Assembly (NCBI RefSeq): GCF_021869535.1
Contig: NW_026262723.1
Span: 99,448,001-99,512,000 of the forward strand
Direction: 5' to 3'
Origin: Mytilus californianus
Taxonomy: Eukaryota
Length of the DNA stretch: 64,000 nucleotides
The notes below the pieces were generated by a model. That model searched no databases, was not told the origin of the DNA, and saw only the letters and a list, made by a program, of their open reading frames with translations. Positions within the stretch are counted from its first letter, which is position 1; each line of letters begins with the position of its first letter. Positions 1 to 12,387 of the stretch are shown piece after piece. The translations under genes and the position numbers were made by a program.

Positions 1-348
1 TGACCCTGGAGACGGGATTGCGAACTTGGCATCCACTGACACAGGTTTTTAGAGCTTTTTGATAGATTATATCGTTTTTTATCTCTAGTTGTTCCTGGCC
101 GGCCCTGACCGTCTATGAAGGGGTGCATTTAGTCAAAGTTGTTTTTGGTGTATTTAGGATAATATATACATAGGAATTGTATGATGTTGAATTATATATG
201 CTTTGTAATAATGATAATAATAATATTTGTGAATATTTATAATACAATCTGGCGTCCATCGAGCATGACGGGCTGTCGGCAAACTAAGATTATATTTGCG
301 TTGTTTATATTAGGCACGAGTATGTAGTTAATACTTACTAGTATCTGA

Positions 349-1240
349 TTTAAGATGGTGACGTTCCCTTAGCACCATCGTATGGTGTTTACTTGATATA
401 TCTCAACTTGTTCGATTCGCTCGTAACAACGTATTTGATTTTAAAGAAAGAGACCCCTGTATTACTGAAAAATGATTACACCAGGGTTTTCGGTATCACA
501 AATTTGTCAATAATCAAACGTTTAACTAAATTTTATCGCCATCATTCGAAAATATAAATCAACATGCAGACATCTTTTACGTTCAGGTATTTTACATCCC
601 ATTTTTTATGGTAATATTCTATACAAAACACAAAAATGTCGTCACTCATATCTAACAAAACCTTTAAACAGACTTATTCACAAGTGATATAGTTACGATA
701 ATGTTGTCAAGTCATTAAAGATGGCATTTTTTAAAATTAATATTTATTCACTCATATATAGGGTCTTTGTATCGGTAATAAACACATTTTTTCTAAAACC
801 AGCTGTTGGCATGATACGGGTTATGTTCTCGTATAATTTATGATGGCATGATACTAAACCTGGGAACAGTATGGATTGTGGTTGATTTTCATATGTTGAC
901 GACATAATCTTTCGATCAGTTTAACCATGAAAGTAAAATATAATACTTCCATGGGTTAACTGACGTCTGGGACTGGCATGTCAGTAACTGTTAGTAGTAC
1001 TTTGTTAATTTATATTGATCATTGTCATATTGCTTAGTTTCGTCTGTCTACTATTTTAACATCGGACTCAGACTTCTTTTAAACAGAGTTTTACTGTGAG
1101 TATTGTTGTGTGTTTGTTTATTCCACATTGGCTAGAGATATAGGGGGAGGGTTGAAGACTCACAAAACATGTTAAACCCCGCCGCCTTTTTGCGCCTGTC
1201 CTAAGTCAGGAATCTCTAGCCTTTGTTACTCTTGTTTATT
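349..1240 (+). mobile_element. Decayed retroelement copy: Penelope-like RT C-terminal remnant plus non-coding 3' body
   Basis: Interrupted translation reads DGDVPLAPSYGVY..ISQLVRFAR..FDFKERDPCITEK*LHQGFRYHK..FTKFY, matching the 'P.APSYGVYISQL.R' RT tail also seen at 14165. The 3' end carries the aaacatgtt(t)aaccccgcc...gcctgtcc(t/c)aagtcagg motif shared with repeat family R1. Confidence 0.65.
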
Positions 1241-3388
1241 TTATTATATAGGAAAACTTCTGTTTACTAAGATTGTGTGATAGTGTAGTATTAAGGGTAG
1301 AGAAATCATAACAATTGAGATATACTGAACTATAAAGAAGCTAATCCAAGACTCCAAAATATTTTTTTCACACTCCAAATACCACTAAGCTTTGGCATAG
1401 TATTTCATAACGAGTAACGTAATGGTTGTTAGTGCATAAGTCAAAACGGGTGTAGAACACTTACTGGAATGGATAATATGGTACAAGATGTCTTTACCAG
1501 TAAAGTGTTCTGTTTGTGGTTATTGATTAGTCTAGTTCATTATGCCGTTAGTCTATCTCGCTCGCTTAAAAAGATGTGTTGGTCAATTAAACTGAATTTT
1601 TGCTATGGTGTTGGTTGAGTTTATTCCAGCATACTGTGCTTTTAGCGGACCCTGATTTTTTAAAATAATACTATTTAGTTTGCTATGCTGTTGACCAATA
1701 AAACTAAAAGCATGCCGTGGTGTTGATATATCAAGCAGTAATTAATAAGGTGGTTTTTCTGCAAGTTTATAGATGTGTCATAATATTGTGTTCATCTATC
1801 AAAGTTAGGCTAAACAATTGTGTTCATTTATCAAGTTTATTCTAATTTATATATTTATATCGTTGATATATGACATTATTAAGGTTTAATTTAAGCTTAC
1901 AATATACTTTTCAGTCAGTTCTTCCTTATGGATTCATATAGTTTAGTATGTCGGTGAATAAGTATTGTGACGTAAGACTGTTCTTTATTTGGAAAATTGC
2001 GTACTTGTACAAATTAATTATTGTTTAATGTTGTTATTGCATGTCTTTATATTCATATATTATAACTTATTATACTTAGGAGAGGTCCGACTATCTAAGT
2101 TGTAATAACTTGTGTCTGATCCTTTTGTGATATGTAATAGTAAATATAAAATGTTAAAATGAATGAAAATTTAATAATATTTATTTGCAATCTTTTTTAA
2201 AGAGATCTTTCCCAAAGAATACACGTTTCATTATTTTAGCAAGGAATTGTATATCGTACATATCCTATTCTAAGAATCCCTGATTTTAGCTAACGTACTC
2301 TTAAAGGTATTTTATCTTTTTTAACTATGACATTATTAGAAAGTATCAATATGATACTTTCATGTTTTAGCAAAGAGACTGGATAAAAGGACCTTGTCAA
2401 TATAATAATTCCATGAACGGACCGAGACCCCCAAAAAAGTTTATTGATATCCAGTTTGGATCTCGATTAATTAAGCAATCATTGTTGCATAAAGAATTGT
2501 AACGCATTTCTATCAAGATGTGCGTTCTCTAATCTATTTAATGTCATTCATATAAGTACGAAAGTGTGACGTAAGTTGAAAAATATCAAAATTATAAATT
2601 ATCAAAGCTGTGCATTAAATTTTTGCGTACTCAGATTAGGAGCTGCATGGTGGTGACAGAGTTAAACAGGATGATCCAATGTCACCCCTTTCGTTTTGAT
2701 TGTTTATCAATGATACATATTTACAACAATAATGAAATGATAGATACACATCCAGCGAGGCAATGAAAACATTTTCAAACTCAACAATTATATATTTGTT
2801 TTAACTGTTACTCAGATTCTAATTTCTTCTATAATCAATCAAAATTAGTCATCATGAAAGCGATAGACGATGCTGCATTGGAATTTCTGGTAAAACTGTC
2901 CATAGATAAATTTCAGTATTTTACAGCAATCTAATAAACGTTTTGTCAATTAACTCAGAATACAGTGCCATTGTTGTTATCAAGAAGTTTTAGGAATAAA
3001 TCACAGACCACCAACATAATACATACAATTGTCATTAGACTTTTGAAATTTGATTATTTTTTTTACAGATATGTAGATAAATACTAAAAGAAAAAATACC
3101 ACAAGGACTATATAAATTCAAGATGTCAAAAAGATAGACAACCATGGCCAAAAAAAAAGACAAAAAGACATACAACAGCGAATCAACAAAATATCACGAA
3201 TAAAACTAAAGATAAAATGTTAATAGTTAATAGTTATTTCTGGAATTTGTTAACAGCGTTGAGTTATTATATTGTTGATCAATCAAGATACAAACGTTAT
3301 TTAAAATTCTGTGCATATGACTTGTATCCAAGGACAAGTTAGTGCATGATACAAACATGTACATGTAATTTGAAATATTTAAAATATA

Positions 3389-3432
3389 TCTATATATATA
3401 TATATATTTTGAACGTTGTTTTCAATTTAGAC

Positions 3433-3466
<34 letters not shown>
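3389..3466. repeat. (TA)n microsatellites
   Basis: Two TA runs, about 3389-3407 and 3437-3465. Confidence 0.9.
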
Positions 3467-3469
<3 letters not shown>

Positions 3470-3534
3470 ACTGTTGCTTTAATGAGTTCCACCTATATTA
3501 CTTGAGTATCTCCGAATCTGAATAACAATAACAA

Positions 3535-3636
3535 CGATTATGATCATCATCATAATGATAATTAAATAATGATGATGATAATGATGATTATAATGATGAT
3601 AATAATGATGATGATAATGATGATTATAATGATGAA
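3535..3636. repeat. (GAT/AAT)n trinucleotide low-complexity tract
   Basis: aatgatgatgataatgatgattataatgatgat... about 290 bp upstream of the KirA ATG. Confidence 0.85.
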
Positions 3637-3919
3637 CAAAATAAGAAAAGGAGTCCACTCAAAATTTTTACCAAAATGTTTTTATTATATAGGTCATAAT
3701 GCATTTTCAATCTTTCGATTCTTTTTGTGATTGAAAGTACTCATAAGAAAATACAACAAAACGTAAAATTGTAACACATTTTGATAAAACCAATAATGAC
3801 CGTTTAACATGTTTATCTGTCCTAGGTAAATTGAATACAAGTACATACATGGATTGTAATTAATCATAAACATAAATGACATTACAACAAGTCAAAGTGC
3901 GTGTATTATAACAGTTGTG

Positions 3920-5284
3920 ATGCGCACGTCTATTCCTTGTCGCACATTAGATGGAAGAAAAACACCGAGAAAATTTGAAATTATGACTGTAGTTAGTGAA
4001 AATTCTGACGAAAATCAACAACAAATGGAAAATGGGGATCGCAGTCAGCAGGTTCTTCCTACTAAACGTGAGAAGAAAATTTCGACTGTTAGTAGAGTTT
4101 CAAAAAAGAGCATTCAGCAGAAAATTTATAAGAAAGGAAAGGTGAAATTTGACAAATCCACCAAATCTTACACCAAAAGTACACCTAGACTTGTAGAACG
4201 TAGTGGCAGTTGTAACATAGTGTCAAGGACTATCAATGGAAAACAAACATCCATCTTCACGGATTTTTTCACAACTCTGATTGAAACTAAATGGAGACTT
4301 GTTCTTCCTGTTTTTGGTATGAGTGTTATTATTTCTTGGATTGCTTATGCTGGAATATTTTACGGGATATCATCAGCTCATGGTGATTTTAGAGAAGACT
4401 TAGTTGCTGGTCATAAAAACTGTATTGCTAATGCCCAAGACTTTTTCGCTATCTTATTGTTTTCTATGGAAACCCAAACCACGATTGGATACGGTTCAAG
4501 GTATGTAACTGATGATTGTCCGGGGACTATATTTTTTATTATGCTACAGTCAATATGGGGTGCATTATTACAGGCACTTTTAACAGGATTAGTAATCGCA
4601 AAAATTCAGAAACCATCAAAACGAGGAAATACTATTTTATTTAGTAAATATATTTGTATTTCTCAGGAACACGATGGAAAATACCTGTCTATTCGAATAG
4701 CCGACCTTCAAAAGTCTAATATGATTGAAACAAGCACCCGTGCTGTTTGTGTAGTGAGTACTCTGACGACGGATGGCGATTTTATATCACACTTCCGACA
4801 TGATATGGAGTTTAAACTGGACAAAAAGTACAGTAGGATACAGCTACAGTGGCCAGTAGTGCTTACACACCGCCTACAACCACATAGTCCATTATACAAT
4901 ATGGATGAAGACGATTTGAGAAATTCTGACCTTGAACTCATTATTTTAATGGATGGTATAATAGAATCAACTGGAATGACCGTTCAGACAAGGACCTCTT
5001 ATATACCAAGCGAATTTCAATGGCAGCATAAATTTAAGCCAATGATTGCAAATATAAATTCATCGGGAGTTTGTGAATTTACTTTGAAACTTTTTCATGA
5101 AACAGAAGAAATTGTGGAAGAAATTAGCTATGAGCCATATCATAAACTAAGAAGAATAAATAAAAGTCAGTCTTCGAAATGTTCCGATTATGGAAGGACC
5201 GAGTCTGGGTTTAGTGAAGGTATAGATACTGATGTATCTTCATGTTGTAGTGATTTTTCAGTATTTGATGCAAAATATATTTGA
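3920..5284 (+). CDS. Inward-rectifier potassium channel (KirA), intronless coding region
   Basis: Slide helix DFFTTLIETKWR, M1, turret Cys, pore FSMETQTTIGYGSR..C, M2 ending AKIQKPSKRGNTILFS, and cytoplasmic domain WP..H..SPL and G-loop DGIIESTGMTVQTRTSY. The first ATG is at 3920 (the ORF track starts at GTG 3917). A candidate splice acceptor ends at 3914. Confidence 0.95.
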   Translation: MRTSIPCRTLDGRKTPRKFEIMTVVSENSDENQQQMENGDRSQQVLPTKREKKISTVSRVSKKSIQQKIYKKGKVKFDKSTKSYTKSTPRLVERSGSCNIVSRTINGKQTSIFTDFFTTLIETKWRLVLPVFGMSVIISWIAYAGIFYGISSAHGDFREDLVAGHKNCIANAQDFFAILLFSMETQTTIGYGSRYVTDDCPGTIFFIMLQSIWGALLQALLTGLVIAKIQKPSKRGNTILFSKYICISQEHDGKYLSIRIADLQKSNMIETSTRAVCVVSTLTTDGDFISHFRHDMEFKLDKKYSRIQLQWPVVLTHRLQPHSPLYNMDEDDLRNSDLELIILMDGIIESTGMTVQTRTSYIPSEFQWQHKFKPMIANINSSGVCEFTLKLFHETEEIVEEISYEPYHKLRRINKSQSSKCSDYGRTESGFSEGIDTDVSSCCSDFSVFDAKYI

Positions 5285-6254
5285 CTATACATATTTCTTG
5301 TGACGTTTTCAAATAAAAAAAGTAATAAATCAGTAGTTTTAATTTTGTTAAAAAAAGAAGTAAGCATCTTGCCCTCAAATGATCTTTATAACAAGATTAA
5401 AATCTTACTTTATAATTACAGTTGTTGCAATGTGTTTTAAACAGACCATTTTGCTTTTCCCTGTTCATTTATTGTCAGAGGAAGAACAAATCCAAGTGAA
5501 ATATAGAGAAGAAGGTGACTATACATCAAGAAAGTTATTTATTTATATACATCTATATACCCTGTAGGTTGATATTATTTATGAATTAAATATTACTTAT
5601 TTGGGTCACCTTAAACTATTCATCATCTTAAGTGAAATTATTCCAATGTCAGCAGTTCATCTTAATCACATTTGTACATGATTTACCTTAAAAGTAAGCC
5701 AATACTTCATAGCACTCTCCTTTTAACATATTAGGGAAATTTGGTGGAAAACTAAATATATTCTGCCCATTGTACAACTATAATGAGATGTGGTTTACAT
5801 AGTAGAGAATAATGGCAAAAAAAATAATAAATAGGGAAAAAATAGCAACAAATAAAGATAGAGAATAATGGAGTGCAGAAATATAAAGAATAATTGTGGG
5901 GGGGGGGGGGGGAATAGGCAATACAATAGTGATTACAAAAACGAGCGATTTACAGAATAAAGAAATCATATAATTGCAGATAAATTTAATAGTAAAATAA
6001 TTTTCATGAGCATTTTGCAGAATAAGCATTATTTTCAAAGAAAAAAAAATGCCCCAAAAATTCAAGAATACAGAAATGAAGAACGCCCATCCAGACCGTC
6101 TAAAGTCATACATACCTGAATATTTTATTTGGTTGAAATATATAATCTCGCATAATACCAAACTTCAAACATCACAGTTTATTTGCCGTTATTGGAAACT
6201 CATTTTGTTGGTGGTTTTGGTTAGAAAACTTGAGTCCACACATTAATGTAACTA

Positions 6255-6432
6255 GCAGGGGGGGGGGGGGGGGGGGGGGGGGGCGCAAACTTAAATTTTT
6301 TGCCTCGCTCCGCTCGGCAAAATTTTTTCTTGAGGGTAAAATTATCGAAATATTCTTTATTAAGCCGAGGAAAACCCATGCTTTGCAAATTTTAGGGGGG
6401 CTCACGCCCCCGCCTGAATCCGCCAATGGGTC
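6255..6432. mobile_element. Partial MITE of the CAG(T/G)GGCGGAT(C/A)CAG-TIR family
   Basis: Right end ctgaatccgccaatg resembles ctggatccgccactg at 40265-40279. The left end is a long G run. A related left end (caggggcggatacagg) occurs at about 8480. Confidence 0.5.
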
Positions 6433-8728
6433 ATTAAATTAAGTCTGGAGTTCACAACACCATAAAAGAAAGAAAGTTCATTCCAGTTTCAATATTTTGC
6501 TACACCTTTCGTATTACCACATACATACAACAGATGATCATTATAATATTACAATTCAAAACAGCACATTATTTGGCTGCGCTGGTCACATGATCGAAGC
6601 AAGGGCGAAACCATCCTTTTTCAGCTTTTACATTCTATTATCATTGCGTTCTCAAAAGTTAATTTCTATAATCGTTTACAAAAGTTTAAAAAAGACAAAA
6701 TAAACTGGTCATTCAATATAATCTTTAAAAGAGAAATGCAAGAATGCAAAAACCCTAAAGCTCATATATATTTAATCACTTCTCAGTGGCGTAGCTGTTA
6801 TTATGAAATTATATTTATTTATGTGCCAGTTTATATCAACTACAAAAGTAACACATGTTTGGTAATTGTATTGATGTCCGTTGTTTCGTCTGGTATTTGA
6901 TTGTCAAATGAAAGATATGGGTTGATTAAACGTTTCAGTCTCGTTGAAATCTCGTTCTGGAATTATTTCCAAAATATGGGATACAAGTGGAAAATATCAA
7001 TGAATTTGAAAAATGTTATAATCAAACTTAACTCTGTGAAAGAATTGTGTATTTACAATAAGTAGTTTTTGAGTAATCAATTTTTCAAATTTTATTACCA
7101 ATCAAGTCAGTCTTTTTAGCCAAAATTTTGAGAAAATGGATGAGGGATATAAAAATTGATTTTACCAGAAACATGTACATTCCATATCCCTGTTTTGTTT
7201 TCAAATTTCTTAGATATAAATTTTTTCAATCATTTATAACAAAGAAGTTGAAAAAATATGCACTTTGTTCTTAAAACAGAGAAAAATCACAAATTTACAA
7301 AATTGACATCATGGTAAATTTGACACAAAAAAGCACCAAAATATGATAAAACTTTCTTATATTAACACCTACCTATAGTTTTTTTTAATTTAAATTTATT
7401 CAGATTGGCCCACTTCATCTTTATTGAAAGTATGAAAAAAAATTTAATTGTGGAACTGTGATTTTTTTCACGATAATAGCCCAAAAACAGGTAAAAATTG
7501 ATGAAAAATGTGAAAATCATCAAAATTGGGTACTTTTAAAGGGCCGTAGAAAAAAAAGAAGTGCACCACCATATGATTTTTTCTTCGCCAATTATTTTTT
7601 TAAAGTCATATAAACCCAAAAATCGGGTGAAGAAAAAAAGTTTAATTCTAGAAATTTTTGGCTCCTCAGAGGTGTACACCCTTAGCTCAATAACTGTCGA
7701 TTTCGTTACGTCGTGCGGCAATATTTAATCAATATTCTGATCAATCCAAAGATATACGGGTATTATCAGAATATATTTTAAATAAATTAATGCATTAGTG
7801 CAATTTTTAATATTTACAAAACCCATAAGAATAGAATCGATATGCTAGGAATAGGTTTTCTTTATACTGTTCTTATCGTTTAGTCTAACTCCATTCTAAT
7901 AAAAAATTAAGGAGGTATACAGTTATTCCGTCTATCTCTATAGATGGATAAATGATGCACTGATTTCCTATTATAAATGACGAACGTAGACAATATCCAG
8001 TAAATTATGAAGTTTACACCAACGTGCACCCGCCCAGTTCAATAGCCATGTTTTAAATAATTTATTATGTCTGTAAATTTTCAGCTTACAAAACGGTGTG
8101 CATTGTAATTGGTATAAAAACTAAGGTTGCAGCTCCCTCAGGCAAATTTGACTTAGACGGATTGACCTTAGATGGGTTTGCCTATTCTGCTGATGTTAGC
8201 GGGATTTGCTTTCTATTTTTCCTCTCATAAATACATAGTAACATTCGTGGGTTAACTTTGAATTAAAAATATATTCAACTAAACTGCATTTGTGTTTTTG
8301 TATATCTTAACCTATGGGTAATACACTTGGAAAACCTTTTATGTGGGTGCTTTCCCGTAGTGAGTAATCACATAAATAAGATCAAATGAACCATCGTTAC
8401 CGTTTTTTGTCAATATAAACATCACTTCGTCATATATATGGTTTACATGTTGCTATATTTGATTATGAATAGTGCTATTCAGGGGCGGATACAGGATTTG
8501 AGGTTAGAGGAGGGCGAAACCATTATAGTTTTTGGACGTTTTATATGGCAAAAAAATGATATTTTTTTCTGATTTCTGAGGCGTGTGAACCTTGTCCTAA
8601 AAATAAAACAAAAAATACTGAGCATAAACATTTTTTTGAATAAGATTTTAGAATAAGTTACAGAATATTGTTCATTCTGACGATATGCTTTGAAAATTAC
8701 CTCAAACCGTTCGTAATGGTCCAACAGT

Positions 8729-8729
8729 A

Positions 8730-8761
<32 letters not shown>

Positions 8762-8957
8762 AGGAGGGGTCCTGATCCCGAAATCCCGGGCTAAAAAACA
8801 TGTAATCTCAAGGTCCCGAATTTAAACATTTTAAATCCCGACATCCCGAAATTCGAAAAAAAGAATTCCCGGATCCCGAAAGGATCAATCCCGAAATCCC
8901 GAGTTAAAAACACCCGATCCCGGAGTCCCGATAAAGGTCATACCCCCCCCCCCCCCT
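8729..8957. mobile_element. MITE with poly-G/poly-C termini and 7-bp TSD
   Basis: Begins AG(n) and ends C(n)T. Flanked by the direct repeat caacagt (8722-8728 and 8958-8964). The interior is built of repeated atcccga(a) units. Confidence 0.75.
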
Positions 8958-9387
8958 CAACAGTTAATAAGGTTTTCCTTGTTTCTGTAGTAGAAATAGA
9001 CATAACTAAATAATACGCTGTTGCGTCATGTATAAACAGTGATATACACTTTGAACATTCTACTGAAGCAAAGTAACGAAGATATTTAAAGTATGAAATA
9101 AATTACAGATTCGCAATATTCGTTCTTATAATACCTTCTAATTTATATCACCAAATAGCCATGTCTATCCTGCATCAGTAGCATACAATTACATAACAAT
9201 AAAATACGTGATGCGTCATTCGTATACAATGAAGTAACATAAAAATATGTCATACGTCATTTATATACAATGACGTCCTTACTACTGATGCAAAGTAACA
9301 AATATATATTTATCATTGAATCACCATGAATGACAGTTCTATGGATATCCAGGTAATACATGGTCAAGCCATTCCCAACTGATTACA

Positions 9388-9755
9388 GTGTCCCAGGTTA
9401 GGGGAGGATTGAGCTCTTGCAAACATGTTTAACCCCGCCACATCCTGAATGTGCCTGTCCTAGGTCAGCAGCCTGTAATTCAGTGGTTATCGTTAGCTGT
9501 TGTTTGTCATGTTTTTTTGTCTTTATTTTTTTGTCGTAAATCAGGCCGTTGGTTTTTTTCCTCATTTAAATTGTTTTACATTTGTCATATCGGGGCCTTT
9601 TATAGCTGACTGCTAGTAAATGTATATGGTATGGGGTTTTCTCATTGTTGAAGGCCGTATGGTGCGGACCTATAGTTGTTTAATGCCGCTTCATTTTGAC
9701 TCTGTCAGATAGAAAAGTTGTCCCATTGGCAATCAAACCATATCCCCTTATGTTA
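9388..9755 (+). repeat. Dispersed repeat family R1
   Basis: Contains aaacatgtttaaccccgcc, aattcagtggtt, ctcattgttgaaggccgta and cattggcaatca(a/t)acca. These are shared with copies at 15044, 22300, 25008, 27120, 30375, 30920, 41790, 50800 and 53110. Confidence 0.85.
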
Positions 9756-10711
9756 TATCAAGTGAAAGACTATACATATATGTGATGGCTTAAACAGTTC
9801 TAGAAACGTTTATGTTATCAGCCTTTCTGTCAATAGTTTGTTTTTGGTGTACAGCTTTTTGAAGAATATGATACATTTGTACCCATAAAACTATGTTATA
9901 TTTTTGGCCACACCAACTTCCAATCATTCAACTTCTAGTTCTTTGGAATCCAGGACGCAAATAAGGACGGGAAAGTGTTATTTTTTTTATTATATCTTTT
10001 CCCTCTAGCAGGATGTTTAGAAAAAGAAGAAATTTTTTTTCCAATTAAGGGCCTCAAAGGGCATACACATTTGACTTGACAATAACATCAATATTTCGAG
10101 ATTAAAACATTCAATAAAATCAAGCGATATATATTTGGGGAACAAAATCATCTCAACAACAGAAACTGGAGGGTTTTAGTTCCTTTTCTATTGTAAAAAG
10201 TTTGCTAAATGGGGGACAAAAAAAATAAAATTGAGAAGATATATGAATGAACAAACAAAACAGATATGCATGCACAATGAACTCTAAAGATTGATATCGT
10301 GTGCTCCAGTAGGGTGCGTATAACCTGAAGTGGTCAAACTGAACGACCAGTCAAATCAGGTTATACTCAAAATCGTTAAAAGATCGGGAAACATTCGTTA
10401 AATATCTCTGTGGCTATTTGTGACATGTTTCACTGATAATTATCTACAAATTTGTTATTGCACAAAGTCGGACAACGAGTTGAAGTGAAGTACTAAAACT
10501 AAAAAGAAAAGCAACAATTACCAAGAAATTAATTTCATGTGATCTTCATTCGTCTCTTCGGATCACACAACAACGAGTTGAAGTGATGGGCTCACAGTTG
10601 ACAACCTTGACTAATATCTCAAAGTAAAATAAAATTCATTTTAACCAACTAGACCTCGGGATATAGTAACAAGTCCCCGTTTCCCGCCTGGGAGGCATAA
10701 TTCTTGTATTT

Positions 10712-10778
10712 TTGTTATCGTCCATAATATGCATGAAATACTTGCCACAGGACGTAAAGTAAACAACAACCAATTAAC
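10712..10778 (+). repeat. Short SINE-like 3' tail repeat (family R3)
   Basis: tatgcatgaaatacttgccacaggacgtaaagtaaacaacaaccaat. Homologous copies lie at about 25710-25765 (reverse), 36125-36187 (reverse), 51318-51375 and 63730-63785 (reverse). Confidence 0.65.
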
Positions 10779-11361
10779 GCGTGTGCAAATTTTATAACTT
10801 GCAAATATATATCAAATAGTGAGATAAAAAAAAAATTGCAAAATTGCATATGTATTACAATAAAGACAATATTTCATACCGTATGCATAAATTTATGATT
10901 AGTTATAAATACCGCCGACAATGCTTAATAAACTTTAGAAATCTGAAAAAAATATATCGCTAATGGAATATTTTAACTTAAAACAGAAAACCACAAACCG
11001 ATGCACAATTTTCCATAATAAAATTAAAAAGAAATTTAAAGATCTTCTGGTCTTATATGTAAAATGTTTGCGCAAGTGACCTTTTACACGTGCCATTATC
11101 ATAGCTGTCGTTATTTCGCTTTCTTGTTTTAAAGTTCATTTTTACTTTTAAAAACATGTAAATAACGTTCTGGTGTATTATGAAATTACTTGTGTACAAA
11201 CAATGACAATTTGTCATCTTTTACATGTAATTTATGATCCCTTTAATGTCACTGTACAGGTGATTATTCATTTTCTATATATGTCTGACACGCATACGGG
11301 ATACTTGGTGTTGCTTAGATAGGAATAAACATGAATGTCTTAAGCAAAGCTGGATGTTAAA

Positions 11362-12387
11362 ATGTCAAAAAAGGACGAAAACATTATATTTTCTAATAGT
11401 CACAATAGAATTGTTAGCAAACAGGGAAGTTATAGGGTGAAACTAGAAACTCCGAGGAAAACAATATTAAAACATTACTTGAGAGATACATTTACTACTC
11501 TCGTGGACGCTAAATGGCGATGGTCAATATTATTATTTGTTAGTGGATTTTTATTGACATGGATCACTTTTGCCGTAATTTATCTCGCATTTGCTCGTAG
11601 TCATGGTGACTTAGAAAATGAAGATGCAGAAGTCTGTGTGGAAAATGTTTATGATTTTACTACTGCACTATTATTTTCAGTTGAAACACAGCATACAATT
11701 GGATATGGTTTTAGACATGTGACCACAGACTGTCCCCATGCTGTATTGGTAGTATTTATTCAATTCATTCTTGGCATAGGAGTGCAATGTCTCACTGCAG
11801 CGATTGTCTTTTCAAAGTTAATCCGCTCAAAGAGGCGAGGAGACTCTGTTGTATTTAGCCAAAAAGCTTGTTTGGCTGTCGTTGATGGACAATGGCGTCT
11901 TATGGTCAGAGTCGCAGACTTTAGAAAATCAAAGCTCGTCGGTGTAAAAGCCAAGGGAATACTGATAAAGCGTTCTGTAATCAACAATAAACACCATCTT
12001 GAACAAACATTCATTGATTTTGTTTCAGAAGGAGGAAGTGATACTTTGACACTGTTATGGCCTGCTGTCATCTATCATACAATAAACAAAGATAGCCCAT
12101 TGTGGCCACCGATGACATTGCGAAGGTTAGGGGGATATTCTGAAATTGTTGTAAGTCTGGACGGTGTAATTGAGAGTACAAGTCGGGTTGTTCAGACAAG
12201 AACATCATATATCCCCGAAGAGATTCATTATGGTTATAAGTTCCAAAATATATGCCCACAGATAACAGAAGATGGGAAATATCAATGCAGCTACTTTGAA
12301 ATTAACACAGTTTCTCCAGTGGTAACCCCACAATTGAGGAAAAGAATATCTGTTACATCCGTATCTTCAAAGGAATCAATGTATTGA
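11362..12387 (+). CDS. Inward-rectifier potassium channel (KirB), intronless coding region
   Basis: DTFTTLVDAKWRW, pore FSVETQHTIGYGFR..DCP, M2 ending SKLIRSKRRGDSVVFS, RVADFRKS, WP..YHTINKDSPL, G-loop DGVIESTSRVVQTRTSY. An in-frame TAA at 11341-11343 precedes the ATG. Confidence 0.95.
   Translation: MSKKDENIIFSNSHNRIVSKQGSYRVKLETPRKTILKHYLRDTFTTLVDAKWRWSILLFVSGFLLTWITFAVIYLAFARSHGDLENEDAEVCVENVYDFTTALLFSVETQHTIGYGFRHVTTDCPHAVLVVFIQFILGIGVQCLTAAIVFSKLIRSKRRGDSVVFSQKACLAVVDGQWRLMVRVADFRKSKLVGVKAKGILIKRSVINNKHHLEQTFIDFVSEGGSDTLTLLWPAVIYHTINKDSPLWPPMTLRRLGGYSEIVVSLDGVIESTSRVVQTRTSYIPEEIHYGYKFQNICPQITEDGKYQCSYFEINTVSPVVTPQLRKRISVTSVSSKESMY

Noticed and set aside
5778-6442. Poly-Pro and poly-Gly ORFs
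   Set aside because: They derive from homopolymer G runs in repeat elements.
12370-12387. C-terminal PDZ ligand on KirB (KESMY) or KirA (AKYI)
   Set aside because: Neither matches the canonical S/T-x-V/I/L end of Kir2 channels well enough to claim.
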